From Methanocaldococcus sp. 28A (lineage in GTDB: Archaea; AGJL01; Methanococci; Methanococcales; Methanocaldococcaceae): 64,000 bases of DNA. The notes under the pieces are model-generated. The model had not been told where the DNA came from, made no database searches, and worked only from the letters and a program-made list of their open reading frames with translations. The position numbers and the translations under genes were made by a program. This document shows positions 30,570 through 41,101 of the stretch, in pieces; position 1 is the first letter of the stretch; every line of letters starts with the position of its first letter. The stretch lies in NCBI GenBank assembly GCA_049852185.1, contig CP187540.1. One strand, given 5' to 3'.

Positions 30570-32185
30570 TAAACCACCTTTTCAATTTCGTTACGAGCCT
30601 CATCAATAATTTTTTTAATTTCTTCATCAGACAAACCAAATTTTTTTCCAACAAACTTTGCTCTTTTTAACATTGATGGATGGGTAGATATAATATTTAA
30701 AAATCCCTTTTCAGGAGAGTAATTTGCATAATGAATTTTAGCTAAAGCCTTTATGTATGTTTTTGGATTAGTTATTTGTGAAGCTATAATATCGGCCTCC
30801 TTTTCTCTTCTTCTACTTAGATAACTATCAATAATATATAATGAAAGATAACCCCCTACAATTATTAAAGCACCAATTATCCAGTCATCACCAAGGAGTT
30901 TATTTAGAATTTTAAGGATATAATCAATACTACTAAAAATAACAACTCCTAATAAAAACCATGAAGTTAATCCCATTTTTATATGTCTTCTTTTTTTATG
31001 AGCAATTTCGTGTGCAAGTATTGCTTTTAATTCATCTTCATTTAGAATATCTATTAATTTTTTTGTTATGACTAATTTTTCATTGAATATTCCAGAAACC
31101 ATTGCGTTTGCTACTAAACTGTTAATAATTTCAATATCTTTAAAATTCTTTGTATTTAGTTTTTTTGTTAAATCATCTACAAGTTTTGAGATTTTTTCAT
31201 AAATTTCAATATTTTCAGGAATTTCTTTCCTTGGTATTAATTCAATTAATATATTAATAGACTTAACTATTGCAAAACCTACAAACAACCAAAATGCAGT
31301 ATTTAAGGGTTCTGGAAGTTTTGATAATATATTATAAAACCAATTTGGTAAAAAGTAAGGAAATAGTAAGAGGATTGAAATAGTAATCGTCATTGGTAAT
31401 ATAACAATTACAAATAGTAATAATAGTGTCTTTGTAGTTATTGAATGAGATTTTTTAGTTGTAGTTTTAAATATTCTTATATAATATTTTACTCCAAATA
31501 TTGATGGAAAAAACATCATAATCATAAAGGTTCCATATATAAAGGGCATTATAAATAAGACATTTCCAAAATTGAGGAAATAGACCACCATATCTGGTAG
31601 ATTACAAATGAATAATGCGACAAAAAATAATATAGCACATAAAATAATATGTAATGTTATAGAAATCGTTATTTTTTTGTTAATATTTATTTTTCCAATA
31701 ACTGAATTTGGTATATTTTTTGTTAATCTTCGTATATAATAAATTACAAATAAACTACTTATTAGAGGGATAACGATAAAGCAAGATAATCCTAAAAGAA
31801 TTATATTATAGTTTGGTTTAACATTAACAATTAATGTATCATTCTTTATTTCTGACTTAATAACGGATAAATATGCATCACTTTCAATTTTGTATGAAAA
31901 ATTTCCAAGTTTTTTAATTGGGGCAATATTGTAAATAAATTCTTTTTTATTCCAATCGATTTTTATTGTTGTTTTGTATTGTCCATCTTCAAATTTTGAA
32001 TGAATTTCTTTATAGTTATTTAGATTATTTTTTAAATATGAACTAATGTTTTTATCTGAAATTATATTTAGATAGACATAATTCCCTAAATCAACCGTCA
32101 TATATACTCCAAATGTGTGTGGAAGTAAGATAAATAAAAACAATAAAGAGAATATATATTTAAAGTGTCTCATTATATCCACCAT
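30569..32185 (-). CDS. Multi-pass membrane M48 (HtpX/Ste24-like) zinc metalloprotease
   Basis: ANAM, LAHEIAH, REKEAD, STHPS..R; signal peptide and many TMs. Confidence 0.85.
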   Translation of the reverse strand: MVDIMRHFKYIFSLLFLFILLPHTFGVYMTVDLGNYVYLNIISDKNISSYLKNNLNNYKEIHSKFEDGQYKTTIKIDWNKKEFIYNIAPIKKLGNFSYKIESDAYLSVIKSEIKNDTLIVNVKPNYNIILLGLSCFIVIPLISSLFVIYYIRRLTKNIPNSVIGKININKKITISITLHIILCAILFFVALFICNLPDMVVYFLNFGNVLFIMPFIYGTFMIMMFFPSIFGVKYYIRIFKTTTKKSHSITTKTLLLLFVIVILPMTITISILLLFPYFLPNWFYNILSKLPEPLNTAFWLFVGFAIVKSINILIELIPRKEIPENIEIYEKISKLVDDLTKKLNTKNFKDIEIINSLVANAMVSGIFNEKLVITKKLIDILNEDELKAILAHEIAHKKRRHIKMGLTSWFLLGVVIFSSIDYILKILNKLLGDDWIIGALIIVGGYLSLYIIDSYLSRRREKEADIIASQITNPKTYIKALAKIHYANYSPEKGFLNIISTHPSMLKRAKFVGKKFGLSDEEIKKIIDEARNEIEKVV

Positions 32186-32199
32186 TTATTAGAAAATTC

Positions 32200-32979
32200 T
32201 CAGTTTCTAAAAACATCTACTTCTTTTGGTCTAATTAAATCTTTTCCTTTTCCATCACCAAATGGGACTTTAGCCCCTCTAATTATCACAACAGGGATTC
32301 CTTCATCAGCTTCTCCCATAACAACATTTGCCATACTTGCCAACTCATCGGCAATAGCTACTTCAGTAGTTTTTAACTCCCTTCCAAATAAATCTTTTTC
32401 TCCTTTTCTATCCCACAATGCTAAGATTCCACTAACACCTATTGCTATTCCAACAGCTCCCTTCCTAAAAGGTCTTCCAACACTATCAGATATTATAACC
32501 CCCACTCTTTTTCCAGTTAATTTTTCAATCTCTTTTCTAATTTTTTCAGCACTCTCATCAGGGTTTTTTGGTAGGGTTTTTATACCTAACACATTACTTT
32601 CATCAACACCGCTATTGGCACAAACAAAGCCATGTTTTGTTTCTGTAATAATAAAATTCTTTCCAACTTTAACTACTTCTTTAGCTTCATTTAAAATAAC
32701 TTGAACAACTTTTGGGTCTTTTCCAGTTTTTTCAGCTAATTCAATAGCTTCTTTTGAAGGAATTATTTTGTCTTTGTCTATTACGTTTCCTTCTAATTTT
32801 GAGATTAAAGTTTCTGCAATTACAATAATATCCCCATCTTTAATTGGATATTGGGCTATTAGTTCGGATAAATTTATATCTTCATTTCCTTTAAATATTG
32901 GTAGTTCTAAACCAATAACCTCCACTTTTGTCTTTTCTTTGATGTGGTATCCTGAAATTATTTCGCACCTATAATTCAT
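32200..32979 (-). CDS. cofE: Coenzyme F420-0:L-glutamate ligase (first ~12 codons derive from the adjacent IS relic)
   Basis: CANSGVDESN, ISDSVGRPFRKG, ADELAS, GIPVVIIRG. Confidence 0.93.
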   Translation of the reverse strand: MNYRCEIISGYHIKEKTKVEVIGLELPIFKGNEDINLSELIAQYPIKDGDIIVIAETLISKLEGNVIDKDKIIPSKEAIELAEKTGKDPKVVQVILNEAKEVVKVGKNFIITETKHGFVCANSGVDESNVLGIKTLPKNPDESAEKIRKEIEKLTGKRVGVIISDSVGRPFRKGAVGIAIGVSGILALWDRKGEKDLFGRELKTTEVAIADELASMANVVMGEADEGIPVVIIRGAKVPFGDGKGKDLIRPKEVDVFRN

Positions 32980-33590
32980 GAAATCACCTTCATATTATTA
33001 ACGATATTTTCGAAATAAACCTCATAAGGAGTCCTATAATCTAAAGAACGATGTGGTTTTATTTTATTATTCCAATGAGAGCGTAGTGAAGAGCTATGAA
33101 ATCACATTAGTGATTTCATTCAATCTACAAACTCTTCTAAACTATTAAATCTATTTAGTCGATATTCAACCTCTCTATTTATCCGTCCAACTTTTTCTAT
33201 TTAGGTTGTATTTTACCATATTGTTTCAGTATAGTATATATACGATTATGTGGAATATGTATATTATACCTACGTTCGATAAAATGCTCCAAATGAACTG
33301 GGCTTATCTCTTTATATTCCTCGACAGCTTTGAGAATTGTCCCTTCCTGAGTAATTTCTCTCGGCTTTCGACCTCTACGCTTTATCTTCGGAAATTCTCC
33401 AGTCTCTCGATATTTTTTCCATATCTGCTGAACTCTACGAGTAGATATTTCTAACTTCTTATCAATATCTTTCGTTCTAAATCCCTTCTCCTTCTATCTA
33501 ATAATTTTCTTAATATTTTTATCTCAACCTTATATTATTTATGTTATCTTTTTTATTACTTATAGGTGCGAAATATTTTCGGATACAATA
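32943..33590 (-). mobile_element. Internally deleted IS481-like element, copy A
   Basis: TIR tgtggtatcctgaaattatttcgcacctataa / ttataggtgcgaaatattttcggatac. Transposase relic ISTRRVQQIWK. Inverted copy at 40406-41043. Confidence 0.8.
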
Positions 33591-33866
33591 AAAATTTAAG
33601 AGTATTTATCGATTTAAAGTCAAAATCGAGGCTAATATACATAGTCATGTAAAAATTACAACGCAATATTAAACGAAATATACAGTAAAGTCATAGTTTA
33701 TAATACTATCCGAGCCATAAAAACTAAATTACCTCTATATGATGAATATGAATATAAAAATAATTTATTTACTCAAGAATCGAACTTGGGGTTCTTAAAT
33801 CTCGATTATAAAAAATTATAACTCCTTTGTAGCCGTTTTATCATAAAAACTTTTGCATAAAACTAT

Positions 33867-33935
33867 AATTCCTCGATGATGAGCAATAAAAGCTGATTAA
33901 TATGATGAACCCTTTCGGGGTATCTGAGAGGAATT
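33867..33935 (+). ncRNA. Box C/D methylation-guide sRNA
   Basis: Terminal stem aattcctc/gaggaatt; C ATGATGA 33876, D' CTGA 33893, C' ATGATGA 33902, D CTGA 33924. Confidence 0.9.
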
Positions 33936-33940
33936 AATTT

Positions 33941-34219
33941 TTATTTAACTTCAATAGTATATTTCTTTGAAGCTTCTTTGAATATCATTGAAGAGGATGC
34001 AAATTTTAAATATAAGAGTGCTTTATCAACATCTATAACCTTTGTTGGGGCTATATGAGTTATACCAAATCCTTTAAATAAATCTGGTAAAGATTGAGCT
34101 GTAGGACCTACTAAAATCTTTAATTTGGCATTTTTAGCCCTATCTAAAACAAAATCTAATGTATCGTTTAATAATGATGTTCCACTTATAAATACGGCAG
34201 TTTCCTTAAAATAGAACAT
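33941..34219 (-). pseudogene. C-terminal remnant of a DUF364/Rossmann-like gene
   Basis: FISGTSLLNDTLD...LVGPTA motif; the N-terminal part is missing and replaced by IS debris. Confidence 0.6.
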
Positions 34220-34247
34220 ACAAACAAAATATTATAAAGTGATAGTT

Positions 34248-34408
34248 CCGATATGTGGAGGAAATTAAGCCCGAATAGGGCTACTATTAAGCTTAAGATG
34301 TGGGGAGTTTCCGTTCCTTCTGATTACCAACCGATGACGTTGGAAGGCTGGAAGGTTATCTTCTACAATCGTTTCAATTGTTCCAAAAATAGCGGAGAAT
34401 CAGAACGG
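34248..34408 (+). mobile_element. TnpB (IS200/IS605/IS607) 3' relic with probable right end/omegaRNA
   Basis: PICGG(K)LSPN Zn-ribbon fragment and ...KMWGVSVP C-terminal motif. ccgttc (34311) pairs with gaacgg (34403-34408). Confidence 0.55.
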
Positions 34409-34479
34409 AATAAGTGTGATAGGACTTACATACGATACTTCCGCAACATGATTAAAGAATATATGCAAACTTAAATAGC

Positions 34480-34870
34480 GATTCGAGTAATAGAAGCCGA
34501 AGTTAAGAAAAAATTCAATTTATCTCCGAATCTGTTGGTTAAAGCTCCGAAGAAACCCTCGCATAATCCTCTTTACCATAGCTCTTTTATCTCTTTTCAT
34601 TTTCTTTATTATTGGCTTGTAGTTGAATTTAACTATTTTATTTAGAGTATCTTAGAGTATCCATAATTATAAAAATATCCCTCTCCATAAGCAAACTCCA
34701 ACTCCGATTTGTCTAATCCTATAGATATTGGAAATAATGTTTTATTTTTTGAATCGTAACGAGTTATAGGATGTATTTTTATCAACTTTTATTCGAGAAA
34801 ACTTTGTTAAGTCGATAAATGTCTTCTCATAATCGAGACTCCATAATTTCCTAAGAATTTGATTTACTAT
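34480..34870 (-). pseudogene. Decayed DDE transposase fragment
   Basis: Minus strand contains RGLCEGFFGALTNRFGDKL (R..E.fF..l...fG pattern); CpG-rich and broken by stops. Confidence 0.4.
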
Positions 34871-34874
34871 AGAT

Positions 34875-35420
34875 TTGTTTAGAATTTACAGCAATTTTAT
34901 TAGATTTTCTTATGACCCAACAGAAAATTCAAAAAATCTTTGTGGTTATGACAAAGAAAGATTTATGAAAAGTTTAGGAGAATTTTCTAAGTATTTTAAT
35001 AGAAAAGAAGTTTTAATTGTAGAAGAATTTTGGAGTTTTTTATCTGAAGAGAAAAATACTATAAAAAAAATATTGGAAATTATTAATTCAATAGCAAAAC
35101 CTGATTTTAAAGAAAAGTTTGATTTTATAAATCCATTAATAATCAAGATAAGTTATATACTAAAGAAGCCATTGATGAACAAAAATTCAAAAAATATATA
35201 GAAATTCTTCAAGAGTGGAATCTATATTCTGAAATTTGCTAAAGCTGTAAAAGAAATGAGCACATTATAGTTGTGTGCAAAATGAAATAAACTTTAAAAA
35301 GGATAATTTGAATGCCTTCCTTAAAGAAGGCATTCACTAATTCCTTATTTTATTTAAGATAGTTTTGCACACAACTATAAAATTGCCATCAAGGGATAGA
35401 AGAACTTTTGAAAGATTGAT
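34875..35420 (+). pseudogene. Fragment of a HerA/VirB4-like ATPase, interrupted by a MITE
   Basis: VLIVEEFWSFL is Walker-B-like; the downstream frame FAKAVKEM...QGIEELL is split by the MITE at 35266. Confidence 0.4.
35266..35379. mobile_element. MITE family 2 copy 3
   Basis: Same TIRs and hairpin as 7301-7414. Confidence 0.9.
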
Positions 35421-35516
35421 TAATAATTCAATGTTTAACAATAACAAATACAACGAAAATAGGAAATTGAAAATATTAGAACTATATAATAAACATATTT
35501 AAAAGTAGGGATAACT

Positions 35517-36632
35517 ATGTATGATTTTGCAATTATTGGTTCAGGAGTTGCTGGCTCTACAGTAGCTAAAGAATTACGTGAAAAGTATAAAGTGGCAGTA
35601 ATAGAAAAGGGAAAAAATCCCATCTATGCCTCAGAAGGTAAAAATATAGAAATAAATTATGCCTATGGATTAGGAGGTAGTGCAGTTTATTCCTTAGGAA
35701 ATGCTATGAAGATAGATATTAAAGGCTACAAAATAGATAAAGAAATATATAAAGAAATTTGGGAAGAGCTAAACATTAAAGTTCCAGATGACAATTTTTT
35801 AAATGATATTGACAAAAAATTTATTGAATTAGGGTTTAAAAAGATGGAAAAGTTTATTGATTTCTATAAATGTAATAAGTGTGGAAACTGTGCAAGGAGG
35901 TTATGTAATGCAAAATGGACTCCTTTAAATTATTTAAAAGAGTCAAAAGCAGATATACTCACTGAATTTAATATAAAAGCAATAAATTATAATGGATATT
36001 ATGTAATTTTTGATGAAAATGGTAGAAAAATTAAGAGTAGAAATATAATAATTTCTGCTGGTGGAATAAACAGCCCAAGAATTTTAAAAAAATTAATTGA
36101 TGATGAAAATATTGGAAAAAATCTGTTTATAGATACTTTTGTTACTGTTGGAGGGATTTTAGAAGATAGTTATTTAAATAAAGATATTTCCATGCTTGTT
36201 TATAAAAGATACAAAAATTTTATATTGGCTACTCATTATTCAAAACTCTTACTTAGCGAAGTAAAAAAAGATTATAAAGATGTGAAAGAGAAAGATATTG
36301 TAGGGATTATGATAAAGATTAAAGATGAAAATAATGGAGAAGTTTTAGATAAAGAGGTTAAAAAAGAAATAACTAAGGAAGATTTTAAAACTCTTTCTAA
36401 GGGAATAGGAAAAGCAACAAAATATTTATACAAGTTAGGTGTTGATGATATATTCACAACTATACCAAGAGGCTCACATCCTGGAGGTAGTTTAAGTTTA
36501 GTTGTTGATGAATTTGAAGTTAAAGAAGGGCTGTATGTTTGCGACGCTTCTATATTTAAGGAAGCTTTAGGAGTTCCGCCAATAGTCTCTATTATCGCAT
36601 TAGCTAAGAAATTCACAAGAGAGATTTTATAA
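35517..36632 (+). CDS. FAD-dependent GMC-type oxidoreductase with Cys cluster
   Basis: IIGSGVAG, GLGGS, CNKCGNC...C, SAGGINSP, HPGG, LYVCDAS. Confidence 0.82.
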   Translation: MYDFAIIGSGVAGSTVAKELREKYKVAVIEKGKNPIYASEGKNIEINYAYGLGGSAVYSLGNAMKIDIKGYKIDKEIYKEIWEELNIKVPDDNFLNDIDKKFIELGFKKMEKFIDFYKCNKCGNCARRLCNAKWTPLNYLKESKADILTEFNIKAINYNGYYVIFDENGRKIKSRNIIISAGGINSPRILKKLIDDENIGKNLFIDTFVTVGGILEDSYLNKDISMLVYKRYKNFILATHYSKLLLSEVKKDYKDVKEKDIVGIMIKIKDENNGEVLDKEVKKEITKEDFKTLSKGIGKATKYLYKLGVDDIFTTIPRGSHPGGSLSLVVDEFEVKEGLYVCDASIFKEALGVPPIVSIIALAKKFTREIL

Positions 36633-36682
36633 ATGATACATTGATACATATAATTTATATATTTTTATAAGGTGGGGATAGC

Positions 36683-38137
36683 ATGGGAATTTTTGATGTA
36701 ATTTCAGGGATATTTAAAAAGAAGCCAAAAATTGCCTACGCAAAATCACAGAGTGTTGATTTAATTGAGCTAAAGAAGCAGCCATATTATATAGTAGCAT
36801 CAGTTGAGTTAGGAAATACAACGACAAAATCTATTATTACTGCGACAAATATGGATACTGGAAAAACCTATATTATTAGCAAAGCTGTAAAAATGACAAG
36901 AGATGTTAGGAAACCTAAAAAAGGGGAGGAAGTTTTTGGAGAAACTTTATGGGGTGTTAAGTTAACAAGAGATGCTGTTGCAGATATGGTTAAAGATGTA
37001 TTATTGGAAAGTTTAAAGAAAGCTGGGCTAACTGTTGATGATTTACACTTCGTTGTTAGGAGTACTGGAGTCACTGCTGGTTTTGCTTCTCCAGAAGAAG
37101 TTGGAGAGATGATTATCGCTTTAGCCCAAGGTTGTATGAAAGCAGGAGTTCCACCAGCAAAGATGACACCAGCAATGAGTAAAGAGCAACTACCAAAACC
37201 ATTTGACAAATATTCTTTCTTAGATAAAATTATCTTTGATGGTGCGGTTACTGGAGTCCTCCCTCCTACAGGAAAAGAAGTAGTTGCTAACGAGATGGAA
37301 GGAGAGCTTGTAACTGCGGGAATAAAAGTTGGAAGTAAATGGACAAATGTTGATTTTAGAAATCCATGTATGAGTATTGACTTTGGAACTACTTTAGCCG
37401 GAAGAATTACAAATGACACTCTACCTTATGCAAAGGTTATTGGTAATTTATGTGGGTTAGCAGGGGGTATAGCGGATGCAATTGCAAGAGGTTCTGGAAA
37501 AATAAATAAAAAGACTGGAGCTGCTTTAGATTTATCAAATATTAAAGGAAAACCAAATGAAGAATTAGCAAGAGAATATGCAGAAGAGATTCATAAATAT
37601 ATAATAATTAAAGAAGTTCCAAAGGATGTGGAAAGATTTGGAACTGTCCCAGTTGATCCAAAATCTGCTGAAAAAGCTGGTACAACATTACTTGGATGTG
37701 ATGTTGGTAAGAATGGTAGTGACTTAATAAAATTGGAGGAATTGGGAAGAGAATTGGTTGAAAAAAGTGATATTCCAACATTGATGTGTTGCTTAGATTA
37801 TGTTATGAGTGAGGTAGTTAGGAGATTGGTAGAGTTAGCTTATAAGAAAGGATTAATTAGCGAAAAATCTGCTGTAGGTATCACAGGAAGAGCTGGAATA
37901 ACAGGAAAAAAACCAGAGTTGATTATAGAAAAACTTAAAACCTTAGGAATTTGGGATAAAGTTGAAGATAATGTTGTGTTTGTTGAAGATGGTTTAGCTT
38001 TAGGAGCTTCAGTTATGGCAAGATGTATGAACTGTTTAGGAACTCCACAAGTACCTATTGGGGGCGTTAGAGGAGGGGGATGTATATTAAGTTTAAGAAG
38101 GAAATGGCAAAAAGAAAGGGGGATGATAAGAGATTAA
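36683..38137 (+). CDS. Methanogenesis marker protein 14 (ASKHA fold)
   Basis: SVELGNTTTK, FVVRSTGV, SIDFGTTLAG, DGLALGA. Confidence 0.85.
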   Translation: MGIFDVISGIFKKKPKIAYAKSQSVDLIELKKQPYYIVASVELGNTTTKSIITATNMDTGKTYIISKAVKMTRDVRKPKKGEEVFGETLWGVKLTRDAVADMVKDVLLESLKKAGLTVDDLHFVVRSTGVTAGFASPEEVGEMIIALAQGCMKAGVPPAKMTPAMSKEQLPKPFDKYSFLDKIIFDGAVTGVLPPTGKEVVANEMEGELVTAGIKVGSKWTNVDFRNPCMSIDFGTTLAGRITNDTLPYAKVIGNLCGLAGGIADAIARGSGKINKKTGAALDLSNIKGKPNEELAREYAEEIHKYIIIKEVPKDVERFGTVPVDPKSAEKAGTTLLGCDVGKNGSDLIKLEELGRELVEKSDIPTLMCCLDYVMSEVVRRLVELAYKKGLISEKSAVGITGRAGITGKKPELIIEKLKTLGIWDKVEDNVVFVEDGLALGASVMARCMNCLGTPQVPIGGVRGGGCILSLRRKWQKERGMIRD

Positions 38138-38983
38138 CAGATAAAATTATTTTGTTGTACGTAAAAACCTACCCTCATATCTTTGGCTTAATAACAATCC
38201 CCTTCGGGCTTCTTATTTGTCTATATATCGGGACTACCACATTATAGACATAATGTTTATATTGTATAGACAATCTACGAATATGCATTAGACATACCCA
38301 ACCGAGTATTACGAATTTCCATGATTGAATAATCGAACTCCTCTAACAACTTATATATTTCGACGGATGAAGAATTTTAAAGAAATATTTATTACGAATT
38401 TTAATACAAAAGTTATGAATAACATCTCTAGGCATAAAAAGGAACAACCTAACTTTTAAAGAGGTTGATTTCGTTTTAATAGTTCTGACGGTGTGATTAC
38501 GATAGTTCATTCTTTATTAGTTCTTTACAACACTACTACACTTTTTAATTACTTTATAGAAAGTGTTATTTATTGTAAATATTCTATACAATTGTGAATA
38601 ATCGCAACAAATTTAACAAAACCGATATTGCTTTTTAAGGTTAGATAATTACTTTCACATTGAATCAACTATCTCAACAAAAAACTATCTCAACAAAATT
38701 TTTATCTATCGTCATCTAAAATATTGGAAAAGTTAGATAACTGATTATATAAGCAATAGATATCCCTTTAATCGTCTTTATCGGCGTTAATGTCCTCACT
38801 ACCCCATACTAAGAACATATCCTCAAACTATTTATAGAATCAACCAGTATATCATTAAATGCTACTAACATACAAGTATCACCGTTTTTTAATATATTAT
38901 TTAACCTCATCCTATTTCTGTTTTTTGCTTTTAAGACTCTTTTCGTTAATTCACATGTCAGTAAATAAATAAAAAGGTTGTTA

Positions 38984-39447
38984 ATGAAAGCATTATAGAT
39001 TATTTGCTGTATAAAAAAATATAAGATAATAAAAAAGAATAGCACTATATAACTTCAACAAAACTTGAAGCAAATAAGAGTATTAAATGTTATTTATGGA
39101 ACTAACTCTTTTATCCTTAGTATTGTATTTTATAATAAATATAACTCATTCATATATCAACATTTTTTCTTATATTTTTATTCTCATTTATTTATGAAAA
39201 ATTCAAACCTACGTCTGGAACTGTAAAAATTTATAAAGAAGGAGTTGCAATATGTATTAAAATATTTGACAATTTAAAACTATTCTTAAATTATTATCTT
39301 GTTTTACCATGGAAATTTTTTAAAGGATAATATAAAGTAAAATCTAAAAATAAAAGAAAGTATATCATTCTAATTCCAAAATCAAAATTATATTTTAACA
39401 TCCATATAATAGACAACGACAATATTGAAGAAATTATCAAAAATTAT
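38984..39447 (+). pseudogene. Degraded membrane-protein gene
   Basis: Hydrophobic fragments followed by VKIYKEGVAI...LPWKFFKG*YKVK..., with stops and frameshifts. Confidence 0.4.
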
Positions 39448-40005
39448 TTAAATCCTATCCAATAAAAATTTTTTAAATTCTTCAAAAGCTCTTTTTCTAT
39501 GGGATATTTTACTCTTTTCTTCTGTAGTCATCTCTGCAAAAGTCCTCTCTTCTCCTTCAGGAATAAAAATACTATCATAAGCAAATCCATATCCTTTACT
39601 TCTTATTTCTTCTGAAACTCTCCCTCTTATAATACCTTTAAATAATTTAACTCCATTTTCATCACAGTAGCCAATAACTGTTTTAAAATAGGCATTTCTA
39701 TTATCCTTATCTTCTAAAAGTTTTAAAATTCCTTCATTACCTATAGTTTCTTGAACAAACTTTGAATATGTTCCAGGAAAACCATTTAAAGCTTCAACAA
39801 AAAACCCGCTATCTTCAACAATAACTGGCTTTTTTATTTTTTCATAAACATATTTTGACCCAAATTCTGCAACTTCTTCTAATGTTCCCTGAATTTCAGG
39901 ATATTCTATATTTATTTGCTCAATCTCAATATTTTTTAAATCTTTTAAAATAATATTTGCTTCTTTAATTTTATTTGGATTTCCAGTAGCAAAATAGATT
40001 TTCAT
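39448..40005 (-). CDS. rdgB: dITP/XTP pyrophosphatase
   Basis: [30 protein letters not shown]. Confidence 0.95.
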   Translation of the reverse strand: MKIYFATGNPNKIKEANIILKDLKNIEIEQINIEYPEIQGTLEEVAEFGSKYVYEKIKKPVIVEDSGFFVEALNGFPGTYSKFVQETIGNEGILKLLEDKDNRNAYFKTVIGYCDENGVKLFKGIIRGRVSEEIRSKGYGFAYDSIFIPEGEERTFAEMTTEEKSKISHRKRAFEEFKKFLLDRI

Positions 40006-40029
40006 GCTCTCACCAAAATTTTATAAAGG

Positions 40030-40104
40030 TAATGTCCCCCCAGTTTAACACCCTCTCTCATCCTTAGCTCTGCCAGGTCAAGAGAGCTAACCCACTGGGG
40101 GGAT
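40030..40104 (-). ncRNA. Single-hairpin H/ACA pseudouridylation guide RNA
   Basis: Stem CCCCCCAGU/ACUGGGGGG followed by ACA; pocket GGGUUA / GUUAA; upper stem GCUCUCUU/GAGAGGGU; tandem GA K-turn. Confidence 0.85.
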
Positions 40105-40107
40105 ATA

Positions 40108-40179
40108 TAAGACCTTCGTAGGAATGAATTTCATTATTGAATATGCTCCTTACTTAATATGCCCACTGAGAAAGCCCTA
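40108..40179. mobile_element. MITE family 1, degenerate copy
   Basis: taagaccttcgtaggaatgaattt...ctgagaaagcccta. Confidence 0.65.
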
Positions 40180-40268
40180 TAAATACTCTAAAAAAAAGAG
40201 CTATTTAATTATTTACCAAATGTATCTATTAATTCAAATTGGCTAATATTATCTTCTAAAATAAAAAA

Positions 40269-40356
40269 TGGTGCAGGGGAGGGGATTTGAACCCCCGAAC
40301 CCCTTCGGGACCGGATCTTAAGTCCGGCGCCTTTGGCCAGGCTTGGCGACCCCTGC
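40269..40356 (-). tRNA. tRNA-Leu (anticodon UAA), CCA encoded
   Basis: GCAGGGG acceptor stem, CCGGA-CU-UAA-GA-UCCGG anticodon arm, long variable arm, GGUUCAAAUCC. Confidence 0.97.
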
Positions 40357-40387
40357 ACCACAAGCGAATTATAGAATAGATAAACTC

Positions 40388-40402
40388 ATATATAAACTTT
40401 TC
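40388..40402 (-). promoter_or_regulatory. BRE/TATA promoter of tRNA-Leu
   Basis: Minus strand gaaaagtttatatatg lies ~35 nt upstream of the tRNA. Confidence 0.7.
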
Positions 40403-40405
40403 GGT

Positions 40406-41043
40406 TGAGGTATCCAAAAATATTTCGCACCTATAAATAATAAAAAAGATAACATAAATAATATGAGAGGAGTAAAACTTGGAAAAAGGATTTAAAACAA
40501 AAGATATTGCTAAGGAGTAGGAAATAAATATCTACTCGTAGAGTTCAGCAGATATGGAAGGAATTTCGAGAGACTGGGGAAATTCCGAAGATAAAGCGTA
40601 GAAGTTGGAAACCAAAGGAAATTACTTGAGATGAGGTAGATATTGTTCTCAAAGCAGTTGAGAAATATAAAGGGATAGGTCCAGTTCATTTGGAACACTT
40701 TATTGAACGTAGATATAATAGGAATCTCTCAGGTATAAATAATATTAATGAAATTTGATGCCTTTGGCATCATTTTTCCTTAATTATATAAACTGTGAAA
40801 GTCTTGCTATAAGAAAAGTTGAACGGATAAATAGAGAGGTTGAATATCGATTAGATAGATTTAATAGTTTAGAATAGTTCATAATTTGAATGAAATCACT
40901 AATGTGATTTCATAACTCTCCGCTACGTTCCGATTGGAATACTAAAATAAATAGAGAATATCGAGGTTTATTTCGAAAATACCGTTAATAATATGAAGGA
41001 GATTTCATGAATTATAATCGCGAAATAATTTCAGGATACCACA
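40406..41043 (+). mobile_element. Internally deleted IS481-like element, copy B
   Basis: Inverted homolog of 32943-33590 ending ...ggataccaca. Relic ISTRRVQQIWKEFRETGKIP...GIGPVHLE. Confidence 0.8.
40719..40806. mobile_element. MITE family 1 copy nested in IS481-like copy B
   Basis: taggaatctctcaggtataaat...tgatgcctttggcatca...ctgtgaaagtcttg; absent from copy A. Confidence 0.65.
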
Positions 41044-41101
41044 TCTTTATAACCAAACTTAATTAAAATTAAAAAATATTAAAAACTATGGGGGTGAAAA
41101 A

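Noticed and set aside
33206-33454. ORF 33206-33454 and its counterpart 40510-40698
   Set aside because: Both are antisense to the IS481-like transposase relic.
38667-38698. 16-bp tandem duplication aactatctcaacaaaa; also a 12-bp one at 51789-51813
   Set aside because: Only two units in non-coding DNA, consistent with slippage or an excision footprint, not a mini-CRISPR.
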